Source of the DNA: Octopus bimaculoides
Taxonomy: Eukaryota
Length of the DNA: 36,285 nt
Reading direction: 5' to 3'
Assembly (NCBI RefSeq): GCF_001194135.2
Contig: NC_068984.1
Span: 22,703,379 to 22,739,663 of the forward strand
The notes beneath the pieces were generated by a model, which was not told where the DNA came from, made no database searches, and saw only the letters and a program-made list of their open reading frames with translations. Shown one piece after another: positions 1-11,249 of the stretch; position 1 is the first letter of the stretch; every line of letters starts with the position of its first letter. The position numbers and the translations under genes were made by a program.

Positions 1-207
1 AATTTCATTTAATGATTAATAATATTCGTCTACACATGTTTATCGATTTATTGCCTGGTTTAATTTTTAATTTTTAAATATGAAAACTAAAATATGAAAA
101 CTAAACAGGTCCAGAATATATTTCTGAATATATTGTATATTTTGTCACAAAAGAGCGTATTTTCTATAATTAGACGTATTAACGGATCTAAATTATTTAC
201 AATATAA

Positions 208-1250
208 TTAGCTAACTGTACCCGGCGTTGTCCGAGTGCCGAGTGTGTAGAGATATTTTAATTTTATTTTTTGTTAAATTTACTTTGTAATAAGTTTTAA
301 GAAGCGCCTTGTCGACATTTTCTCCACTGCATTTGGCACTCCAATGAATGAAGACAGGATGTCAACTTTGTTGGAAATGTGATTTTACAGCTCAGAGTTA
401 ACCGGGAGAGAAGCAGGGACATGTCAATTGAATTCCAACAACCTGAATGGCTATTGCCAAAGGATATCGTTTTCCATAGTAAAAGGTAGTATCACTGGAA
501 ACTGAAAACGTTTGAATCAGAAAAACATATCTGATGGAATAAGGAGAATACATGGAACGAAACCACCTCTTTTTGTACGAGCGGTTACGTGGTGCATAAG
601 ACTTTTTGCAGATAATCTTTCACAATTTCAGAGTTCTGCTACATTTAAATTACATAGTAATATAATAGATGTGCCTGCTCTCAGTTGCAGATTCTGTAAA
701 TGGACAACGGGCTCCTGAAGCGAACTGAGAACTTGTTGAATAGTTAGTAGCATCGGTAACAGCAGCTACTAGTTTAACTCCTGCATAATATCACATTTGA
801 GAGACAGGATTCCCTTTGGTAATTGTGTAGCTTTTGGAATAACTAGAGTTTTCCTCATATCATTAAAGCGCAAGATGATAACTCCATTCACGATGTTAGG
901 GTAACATTTGAGATCAAGTTGGGGACGGTCGAGAGTCTTTAATACAAGTCTGCGAGACATTGTGCCCTAATATTTTATTTTTAGCTTGGTCTGCTTATAA
1001 AATGTGCTGGTCTAAATCGTTTGCCAATATTGCATACAAGGCTATTATTGCAAGCAAAACTGAATAGCAGTTAAAATACAGAATGTGCATTCCTGCAAAG
1101 CTTGAAAAAAGTTTCAACTCTAGATGAGAACACTGCAATTTTAATGACTTTGAGTAAACACTGAATTATCCAAAATTCGATGAATAAAAGCGAATTGTTG
1201 CCTCTTCCACAAGAATAATCAAAGAAAAGTATCACTCTCAAGCCAGACTT
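208..1250 (-). mobile_element. Helitron remnant: degraded PIF1-like helicase C-terminus plus 3' terminus
   Basis: Minus-strand translation with stops/frameshifts gives NLQLRAGTSIILLCNLN..L*NCERLSAKSLM (about 600-690), FVPCILLIPSDMFF*FKRFQFPVILPFTM (about 475-565) and IQVVGIQLTCPCFSPG*L (about 395-450). These match Helitron helicase motifs (LKxGxPIILLRNL..CNGTRL; IPRIPMIPTDxPFxFKRLQFPVRLAFAM; VxGxxLxxPCFSHGQLYVA). The 3' end has the GC hairpin CTCGG-ACAACG-CCGGG (221-236) followed by CTAA (208-211, CTRR type) and then T. Confidence 0.85.
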
Positions 1251-1329
1251 CAATAACTGTTTCGTCTCTATTTTAAGTATTTTGTCTGTTCAGTATTTGG
1301 AATCATAAGTAATTCGAAGCTGTATACAC

Positions 1330-1645
1330 GGGTACAGGACTTCAGAAAAGGAACGAGAACATAAAGCACAAAAACGGACCTTTTTTTACAGATAACAGAA
1401 TGAACACATAGGAAAACAGACGAGCCACTTATGGAACTTTTCCTCCATCAGCTGCCTCTATTCTAAACTAGGCGTTTCGAAGATGAGGCAGAATGCGCTC
1501 TTAGAATAGCTCTTCCTGCTTAGTGGATTAACCTGCTAAACAGAGGGTTCCAAGGTAGCAAACACAAACCAAGACAGGAAAAATTAAACAGTCAAAACAA
1601 CATTAAAGGCCGTAGGGCCAAACGTGATGAGATATTAAACGCTGT
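1330..1645 (-). repeat. Dispersed retroelement 3'-end/pLTR-like module, copy A (homologous to 16230-16510)
   Basis: Long shared blocks with 16230-16510, e.g. GGGTACAGGAC, CACATAGGAAAACAGA, CATCAGCTGCCTCTATTCTAA, TTCCAAGGTRGCAAACACAAACCAAGACAGGAAAAATT. Contains CGAAACG and CTGATG motifs on the minus strand. Confidence 0.75.
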
Positions 1646-1689
1646 GATGTGATGAAGCTGAACGGAGAGAGACAGTAGTTTCGTCTTGC

Positions 1690-1990
1690 CTTTATGCTGG
1701 CTGAAGGGACGGATGCGGAGAATAATTTTACGGGTTTCGACAGCCTGTGTACGATACACAACTGTTCTTCCTTGGTCTCTTTTGTTTTGGTGGTGGTGGG
1801 GGGGGGGAGAATTAGTATGAGTCTCCCTCTACTTCTATCAAATTCCTGCTTCTGCTCACCTCCTCCATATCCAGCTTGATCAATTTGGTTTCAAGCAGCA
1901 CTGACTTCTTCGCCGCAGTGGCCCTGGCGTAGCTCTCCATACTAGAGACCCTACCACTCACCACAGCTGGCTCGCCTGAAACGTAACAAC
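1690..1990 (-). mobile_element. 5' end of a LINE-like ORF1 (gag-like), frameshifted
   Basis: ATG at 1940 gives MESYARATAAKKSVLLETKLIKLDMEEVSRSRNLIEVEGDSY*, then after a frameshift RDQGRTVVYRTQAVETRKI. This aligns with NYTAAAK..ISLEELSK..KEERTIVYRTYMVATRKI at about 17990-18170. Confidence 0.6.
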
Positions 1991-2173
1991 AATAAATTCC
2001 AAGAGGGATTTTATTAATGACAAATTGCTATACACACAACACCCACACGCATATACGCGCATGCGCACATATATTTACATACATACATAAATATTTGTAT
2101 GTGTATGTGGTGGGGAGTGAGATACTTGATATATAAATATCTATCTATCTGTTGAAAGAAAGAAAAAAAGAAA

Positions 2174-2200
2174 GACTGACAGACAGACAGACAGACAGAC

Positions 2201-2257
<57 letters not shown>
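2174..2257. repeat. (GACA)n(GATA)n microsatellite
   Basis: Directly visible. Confidence 0.97.
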
Positions 2258-3660
2258 TGAATATATTTTTGTAGTGAGCCCTTTCTTCAGTTAATGTTTA
2301 TAGTTATACTCATAAAAATGTTGCCACAAGACGATGATAATTGATGTAGAAAAAAGAGAAATTACAATCAAAAAGGCTGTAATTTCTAAAAGACTTGCAG
2401 CCTGTCTTTATACGTTATAAAATATTTACTGTTGCAAAAAATTCCAGCCATTATGGTTACCAAATACATAATTATTTCCTGCATATGAGAGATATGAAAT
2501 AGAAATGGAGGCTTTATTAAAGAAACAGGCGACTGAAATGTAGGAATCTCTAAAATAACTAATAATAATGTATATATCAATTATATCATAAATCAGAATG
2601 TTACTGAATATAAAATGTATTTTGAATACAAATCTGGGAAAGGACGTGTGCAAGTAACAGCTGGTATGTTGTTCTTAGCAAATAAATTATATCAATTTGT
2701 CCTGTAAATAGAGTTTGATATATTTTCTGACAACATAGCATTATGATTGAGACAAAATACCTCGACATTTGAATATTATTCATTGGTTATTTGTGAAAGT
2801 ATAGCAATGTAGATCAATTAATAGCTTTTATGCTTGAAGATATGAATTGAATTCTGACGTTGCGATAGAAATGATCACTGCTTCAACGATGAGAATATGA
2901 TTATAAGAGTAATGTATCGAGAAATATCTTAGAAAAAAAAACATTGAGGGATAGTTTTAATCTCTTGACAAATTTCTTGATGTTGAGATGGAACATCAGG
3001 GATGGTCTGTAATAATGAAAGATTATACTGGTAAAAAATTCATAAGCGTCTGCGTTGTATTGTATCAGTTTACAGAGATATATATGAGCAATGTTAATAT
3101 ATGTACTTGTCATTCTGAAAATGTTTTGATGTATTAATGCTATTAAAGTACGATAATTGAAATAGCAGGAGTGTTAAGAAATTAAAAATGGAAATTTTAT
3201 TTTCCATTGTATGTTGACTCAAGTAAGGAATTCTAAATGCATTAGAAAATTTTACATAGCACAGTTTGTGCACTGAAAAGAAACACATGTTGCCGATTTG
3301 AAGAATGACCATAGACATTTTATGATCATGATTTTATATGTAACTTGTGGTCATCATGAAATTATATATAATGTTACAATCTTATGTATCTGAATATTTT
3401 TCGCAATACAATTCAAAAAAGCAGCTGAGAATGATAGCAAATTATATTTTCATACATGAAAAAATTATTTTATAACCTTAACAGAGGAGATCTTGATATT
3501 GATAAACAAAGAATTAATTGGAAGATTTTAATTTTTTATCGCCACTTCAACATGGCTGTTCAATTACAACTGTTTTTAAACCCAAGAGGACGCCTCTTCT
3601 AGCTGGTTATCGATGCAACATGCACCCAATGCATTTTGTAAGCAGGGGAGCGAACCCCCA

Positions 3661-3748
3661 CTATCTTCTAGCGACGGGACCGCCAGACTTTCCGGTTTCG
3701 AGCTATTTGTGCTCATCCTCAGTACTGGACACCGTCCGCTAGAGATAG
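3661..3748 (-). ncRNA. Degenerate Penelope-type minimal hammerhead-like motif with long stem I
   Basis: Minus strand reads CCAGTA-CTGAGGA-T-GAGC-ACAAATA-GCTC-GAAA-CCGG. It is flanked by an extended imperfect inverted repeat (CTATC, TCTAGCG, ACGG, CCAG and their complements). The UH cleavage site is not intact. Confidence 0.45.
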
Positions 3749-4319
3749 CAGTAGTTCGCACCAGTTCGCAATATATATACTGCTGTCTCTAATTGGGGAG
3801 GTATTCAGATCGAGAATAGTGAGAGTAAAATAAATAGTTCAAGAGTGAGGTCTTAATGAAGAAGCTAGTAGTAGTAGTAGTAGTAGTAGAGGTGGAAGGT
3901 AGGAAGATGAGGGAGAGTAGGTAGTATGTGAATGGTAGTCTGTAGTGTTAGGTTTGTATGAAAGCCATAGAATTAATGGTTGAAATAGCGAGAAAAAGGA
4001 ATGGCCCATTCTCCCTCTAATACCCTTAGATCTCCACATTCAATCATTCCATCGTCGAACTTCTTTCCTTTAACATCTCAAACGTAAGATCTCTTCCCCA
4101 AGATAGAGGCTTGTCTCGTCCTATGATATAATCAACCTACAAACATTGTTATGGAACACCGAGCACCTAGAAACAGCTGTTGGATTTGGAATACTTTTCC
4201 TTAACCCCTTTAATTCTCTATATCATTCGAAATCTGTGTAAGTCGGACTTTTTTAAATATGAATGTATATATATATATTTTGTATTTCATGTATTTTATA
4301 TACTTTTCCCTACATTTAC

Positions 4320-4790
<471 letters not shown>

Positions 4791-4799
4791 AATAATCTA

Positions 4800-4937
4800 A
4801 TCTAGAGTTCGCCACGTAAACAGCAAGGTTGACGTAGCCCGCAAGATGTGCTCCTGGATTGTGAGAACTTTCCAGTCTAGTGATGCCCACACCATCACCT
4901 TTCTCTGCTCTACTTTTACCCAGCTCCACTTTAAGTA
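4800..4937 (+). mobile_element. CR1/L2-like LINE ORF2 fragment (post-RT region)
   Basis: Translates HVNSKVDVARKMCSWIVRTFQSSDAHTITFLCSTFTQLHFKY, resembling the CR1-group pattern HIxxxVxKARRMxGWILRTFxxRxxxxMLxLYKxxVRPHLEY. Confidence 0.7.
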
Positions 4938-4943
4938 CTATTA

Positions 4944-4964
4944 TACATACATACATACATACAT

Positions 4965-5043
<79 letters not shown>

Positions 5044-5053
5044 TGAGAAAGTT

Positions 5054-5102
<49 letters not shown>
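4944..5102. repeat. (TACA)n(CA)n(TA)n microsatellite
   Basis: Directly visible. Confidence 0.97.
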
Positions 5103-5104
<2 letters not shown>

Positions 5105-5713
5105 TGAATTATATACTGCGAAATAGGCAACCACACAGCAAAATCATGGAACAAATTATTTCAGAACAATATCGTTAGGAACGTATCTTGAAATAAATTG
5201 TCCTTATAAATCGTAGACGACGGTGTAAATTGCACATGTACTCTATTAATTATACATGCACAAATTAAACCGACATTACTTGGTGCTAGATATTTTCAAA
5301 TATTTTGAGATATTTTTAGCCGAAAAATTATATTTCCTTCAATTGTGTTTCTTAGGACTTCCGGAATCAAAGGCAAATACAGCTACATAAAATTGTGATA
5401 TACTATTTTATGAAATAAACTGATAGATGCGTTGCCGTTATTGCTTGCATAGACAAATGCACACACCTGTTTGTATACATTATCTACATTGACATGTAAT
5501 ATTGGATATTAAGGTAAAAATATACATTGCTGAAGCAGCAGCAGTTTGTTAAATGAAATTGTTGCCTGGATCTCGTTATATATGCAAATAATGAAATTAT
5601 GATCCGCGTATATGTGGACGGTTACATACTCTATTTAATAATTAATGGAAACTCTATATAGAGTTGAAACTCGACCGGATTTTCCTACATTTATTGTTCT
5701 CGAATATATCATA

Positions 5714-6616
5714 CGAGGAGGTATCAAACGGTTCCCGTACTAGTTATATCGGATTAAAAAGTATAACTTATTTACCTCAGTTTTAACATCATTTCCTTCG
5801 AAATAGTCATCTTGTGCAGCAATACACCACTCCCAGTATTTGTGTCACTTTTGGAATCCGGCCTGAAAGTCGTTTTCCGTGAGTCGAGGACCTTCGGAGA
5901 TTCGCTCTAGGTCTCGACAATAGTTTTAAAACGGTGAGCGTTGAGCTGCGTTTTCATCTTGATGGGAGATGGAAGAGATGGGAGAGATGGAAGTCTGCAG
6001 GTGCTAAATATGGTGAATAGGGTGAGTGGTGGATGCGGAAGCGATACCAAGTTGTTTTTGGCTAGAAACTCACGAGTGGGGAAAACTCGGTGAAGAATCC
6101 ATTTCTTCGAGCCCCACAGATCCGGTCGCTTTCCCCGAATGTCCTCTCTAAAACGCTTTAAAACGTCACAGTAGAACTCTCAGTTGACGGTCTCACCCTG
6201 AGGGACGAGTTCTCGATGCACAATACCACATTTCCGGAGGTGACCCTAGTAGCAAGTCTTCGAGATCGCTCGTCCTCTTCCAGGGATGTTCTTCAGCTTT
6301 TGAAGCACCTATGTCACTCGAAACATTGCGTGCGATCCATTGCCTCAACGCCGTAAGCTTGCCGAAGCATGCTCAATGTCTCTATAGGAAACCTCCCAAG
6401 TTTAACGTAAAATTTTACGTTGGCTCTTTGTTCCTGACAATGACAAAATCGCAGACTACATGAACACAAAATCGCTAATTTGACAACTTGCGAATTAAAA
6501 GCAGCGACGCATTGCCTCATGAAGGACACTGCTAGCTCACACTATGTACGCAAGCGTGTGCTGCCATCTGTTGGCGCGCTAGAGAACTAGTCCAGGAACT
6601 TTTTCATATCACCTCG
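5714..6616 (-). mobile_element. Internally deleted mariner transposon (irritans/Hsmar2-like termini), non-autonomous
   Basis: TA flanks at 5712-13 and 6617-18. Imperfect TIRs are CGAGGAGGTATCAAACGGTTCCCGTACTAGTT and CGAGGTGATATGAAAAAGTTCCTGGACTAGTT. Transposase pieces: EQRANVKFYVKLG..ETLSMLRQAYG..AMDRTQCFE*, RTSLEEDERS, GIVHRELVPQGETVN*EFYCDVLKR, HPP..YSPYLAPADF. The first catalytic-D region and HDNAPxH are deleted. Confidence 0.92.
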
Positions 6617-7009
6617 TACATAAAGTCAAGGTGTTTGCACTTCTCGGACCATAAATACACTTTTAGCTAAAACAAAATGTATAGTCACATTTGTAACATT
6701 ATAGTATTGATATAAATCTCTGTTAACATAAATAGTTTATACAAACATTAATATTTAAATAGAGATATATAAACAGCAATTAATCTTATCGCAACAAATG
6801 CTAATTAAAATTTTAAATAAAGCTAAAGTATTTACGAAAATAAAATATACTAATTATATTTGAAAAGAAAAGCTAATAAGCCAACAACACCAAAACAAGA
6901 AATTTATTTTTATTTAAACTTGTTGACTTGCGATTTTTATGCTTATCCCAAAATAAAAAGCTTGGAATGAGCGTGAAGGTAACAACTCGATAATTCGTTC
7001 TAAATGAAT

Positions 7010-7150
7010 ATTTTAACTTCCTTCTTTTATGCTTTCATTCCTCTAACGGTTTCAGTCAGTAGATGACCGCCATGTTGGAACACCACCCACTTCTCTCAGT
7101 ACTATTTCCGTCGAGCGAGTATGTTTTTTTTTCGAATGGCCAAGTCACGC
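7010..7150 (-). mobile_element. 3' tail remnant of a tRNA-derived SINE
   Basis: Minus strand GTGTTCCAACATGGCGGTCATCTACTGACTGAAACC resembles the tail GGTTCCCCAGTAAGGCTGCAGTCGAATGACTGAAACAAG of the SINE at 14601-14959. Confidence 0.45.
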
Positions 7151-7554
7151 TATTTGACAAAATACTGGCTTTACACCGGGAAAAAACATTAAAATGTGCA
7201 GAGACAATATATATATAAAGAACCCAAACACATTCTTGCATATACAAATACATACATATAGACAGCCTTCGGCTTACTATTGCATGTTGTAATCATGAGG
7301 AACATGAATGGATTGCATTTAGAGAGTGACATCATGTAACGAATACTAAAACATTTAATAGATAATGTAAAGGATCATTACGTTCAAGCTCATGACCTCA
7401 CTCTTTAGTGTTGTACTCTTTATATTACGTTGAATCCCGCCTCAGGTCGCATAGAACCCCTTGTGATTCATACGCAACAACCCAACAGTGAAAGCTAAAT
7501 GTAATTAACAATAAGTGCCGAAACTTCAACGATAGAATTGTCGAGCACCGAGTG

Positions 7555-7791
<237 letters not shown>

Positions 7792-7819
7792 TTTGAAGAT
7801 TCATAGCAATCTTTTCGGG

Positions 7820-10260
7820 ATGGCAATCTTTTCAGAGATGTTAGGTTTCAAGAGGAGACAGCACCGAGACTGGTTTGATTCCAATGATAAATGAGCTTGT
7901 AGCAACAAAGAGGTCCACCCAGGAAGAGTTTCTTGACCCAAACGTTAAGAATAAAGTGCAACCAGAAAAGTTGTGCGAGTCTCAGAAAGCAGACTTACAA
8001 AAAGAACTCAGGAGGCTTAAAGACACTTGGTGGAAAAATTTGTCTAAGTACAGGCGGCCTATGACAGGGAAGACTTTAAAAGGTTTTATAGTTTATTGGG
8101 GCAAGCTTTTGGATCGCAATCTTCATCATGTATTCTCTTGAAGTCAAAAGATGGAAATGAGGTTATTAAAAATCCTCCTAGAAAAAATTTTAGATGAAGA
8201 GAACACTTTGCAGATATTTAACACAATCCGTCTCTAGTGAACATGGACATCATAAACAACATTCCGCAAAGAGAGATAGTGCAACACATGAACGATACGC
8301 CTGGCATTATGTAAACTGAGATCAGGTAAAACTCCTGGATTGGATGGTATTCCATTTGAAATTCTAAAAGCAGGTGGGGATCATATTTCATCTGAAATTC
8401 ATAGCCTGACAACCCGAGTTTGGAATGAATCTTCTGTGCCACAAGAATGGATAAATGGCATTCTGATCTCTGTATACAAGAGTAAGGGTCCAAAAGCAGT
8501 GTGTAGTAATTCTAGAGGGATAACTCTCCTGTCACATACCGGGAAGATACTTTCAAGGATCGTGTTAGATCGTCTCGTTGAGAATGTGTGTCCACATGTG
8601 ATTCCTGAAGAACAGTGTGGTTTTAGACCTGAGCGAGGAACAATGGACATGATATTTTCTGTGAGGCAGGTTCAGGAAAAAGGCTTAGAGGAATAAATGC
8701 CACTATACCAGGTCTTCATAGATTTAACTAAAGCATTTGACGCAGTAAACAGGGAGGCATTGCGGATTGTTTTGCGTAAACGTGGTTGCCCAACACATTT
8801 TGCGAGCATCTTTAAGGAACTACACAGAAACATGAAAGCTCAGTTAGTCTTTAATGGTGAGCTATCTCATGAATTTCCGGTGGACAACGGTGTCAAACAG
8901 GGAGATATTCCTGCCCCTACACTTTCCTCTATTTATCTTGCTGGATTGCTTTGGTATGCATTCAAGGATTTCAACAAAGGAATCGGAATCAGATTTCGGA
9001 CATGTGGTCGTATTTTTGATTTGACCCGGTTTAACTACAAAGCAAAGACTTTCAAAACACTTGTTAGAGAATTACTTTATGCTGATGATGCTGATTTGAT
9101 GGCACACTCAGAGGAAGATGTGCAACACTTACCGGACAGATCTCCCTCTGCATCTGTACATTTCAGACTCACACATAGTCTGGGAAAACCAAAGTAATGT
9201 TTATTTCCGTGCCAGAACAAACATATTCTGAACCAAACATTTTTGTGAATGGAGCATGGTTAGAAGTCGTTGATGCCTTTCTTTACTTTGGAATATCAAT
9301 AGATATGCAGAGATATACTATCCAATAGGGAAAGGGAGTGTTGCATTTGGAAAGCTCGAAAAGCGAGTATGGGCGGATAGAGGGTTTTTTTTTCTGCAGA
9401 CAAAAATCAGTATCTATAAAGTGTGTGTATTGACTGCACTTCTTTATTCGAGTGAGACGTGGACCACTCACAAGCATCATATAAAAATGCTGGAGAGATT
9501 TCATCAAAAGTGCCTCAGACGTATCTTAGGAGTCAGATGCGAATGTTTCATCACAGATACAGAAGTTTTGCGCAAGGCACGTTGTAGCTCAATTGAACAT
9601 GCTATCTTGGTTCAAATGAAATTGACTGGACATATTAGAATGAAAGACGAGCGATGGCCAAAGCGTCTTTTTTATGTAAGCGACCACAACATAAGCCGAG
9701 GTAAATGTATAAAGACTGTGTGAAGAAACGAGATATGAACAAAAGTGATTGTGAAAATTATGCTCTAGATCGGAAAAAGTGGAGAGGCGCCGTTAGGACT
9801 GGCTGCAATGCCTGGGAGAAAAAACATGTCGAAAGGGAATAATAGGAACTGTAATCAACGGTGAACATTGGATATGTATTATATGTGATCGTGCTCTGTT
9901 GTCAAACGCAGTATACGTGAATCATATGAAGTCACATGAAAATCGAAATGCCCAGATAGGTAATAATCTTGGATACCAACTGTCTCATATCTCACAAAAA
10001 TTGTGAGGCAATATCTGGACTTAAAAGAAATCTGCTAGTTCACATAAACATTCCTTCAGAATCAGATTCCAAAGGACAAAGATATAGAAGAAAATTTAAT
10101 ATCTGTCACTTGTGTTTTAAACCCTGCCGATCAGCAGCCCGTCTTAAGTCATATGAGGGCTCATCAGCGGCGTGGTTGTGTTACATGATGGAGTGTGTGA
10201 CGAGTGTGTTGATGATATGGCTATCATCTGTCAAGATGACGCAATTATCATCATCATATA
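7820..10260 (+). mobile_element. 5'-truncated RTE-clade LINE: RT pseudogene with three C-terminal C2H2 zinc fingers
   Basis: [13 protein letters not shown] (about 7838); GITLLSHTGKILSR, PEEQCGFRPERGTMDMIFSVRQVQEK, FIDLTKAFD, GVKQGDIPAPTL, LLYADD; LLYSSETWT..ERFHQKCLRRILG. Multiple stops and frameshifts, e.g. TAA at 8694-96. No APE domain. Short ATC-repeat tail at about 10247-10258. Confidence 0.93.
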
Positions 10261-10261
10261 T

Positions 10262-10293
10262 ATATGGGAGAGAGAGACAGAGAGAGACAGAGT

Positions 10294-10344
<51 letters not shown>
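10262..10344. repeat. (GA/GACA)n(GATA)n microsatellite
   Basis: Directly visible. Confidence 0.95.
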
Positions 10345-10345
<1 letters not shown>

Positions 10346-10369
10346 CTTACGGCTGCATGATCGCAGTTA

Positions 10370-10501
10370 TCCTAAAATTGAAGAACTCAATAATAAAAAA
10401 AGTATAGTGCGGCATAATGAATGATTTCTTTATAATTTTGAAAAGATGTTCCAACTCATATTTCATGGATATATACACTATTAAGTTCTTCAATTTTGGG
10501 A
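10370..10501. mobile_element. 132-bp MITE-like element
   Basis: 23-bp TIRs TCCTAAAATTGAAGAACTCAATA (10370-92) and TATTAAGTTCTTCAATTTTGGGA (10479-501) match 21/23. Flanked by TA on both sides. Confidence 0.6.
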
Positions 10502-10537
10502 TATACATTTACGAACACACATACACGTATATATACA

Positions 10538-10609
10538 NNNNNNNNNNNNNNNNNNNNNNNNNNNNNNNNNNNNNNNNNNNNNNNNNNNNNNNNNNNNNNN
10601 NNNNNNNNN
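10538..10609. other. Assembly gap (N)
   Basis: Run of N. Confidence 1.
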
Positions 10610-11249
10610 ATATATTGGTATGTTGTTATGTATTGTATGATTGTGCGCATATGTGTCATGAAACATGTTCTTATTTTGAGAGATGGTGAGTTATATTCAA
10701 TACTGTTTGATTTATCGGAAATTTAAAAATAGCGTACACATTATTTTATAACTCTATTTCCCATCTTTTAGCTTGGTAGAAATTTATAAATAATCTTATC
10801 TAAAGTGAAGTATAAAGCAAACGTTATAGTTAATACTCGTAACTCTTGAACTTTCTATTTTCTTTTCATTGTTATAAAAGATTTAGTGTTCACTGGAGCA
10901 AGAAATCACTAAAGGTTACTTTTTTATTTTTCAAATATTCAGATATTTTTTGTAGTTGTATCACTTGGCTCTCTTCTAGTGTCATATCGAATCTCAATAT
11001 GTGAATATCACAAAGTGAAGATAAAAAAAAATAATATATAAACATCTTCACCAAACCAACAATTGATCTTCCAGAAAACATCTTTTAATAATTTGAGATA
11101 TAATTGTTTGTATTGCTCTTATTATTTTCACAAATATAACTGATTAAGTGAATATGAATTAATCCATATCAGTGTAGAATCGCAGCATGCCTCAAAGTTC
11201 AAGATACGGTCATTTCACAATAACAAGACTACCGATGCCTTGATAATGA

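Noticed and set aside
1452-1509. Pseudoknot tested as an HDV-like, twister or pistol ribozyme
   Set aside because: No P4 or J4/2 catalytic C context, no consistent P3/L3, and no twister or pistol consensus nucleotides.
3628-3662. Minus-strand GGGTTCGCTCCCC resembling a tRNA T-arm/B-box
   Set aside because: No A-box or cloverleaf; not a tRNA gene.
7480-7545. GCCGAAACTT..GATA..GTCGA resembling the 25.9-kb module
   Set aside because: Too degenerate; no CUGANGA-like core could be placed.
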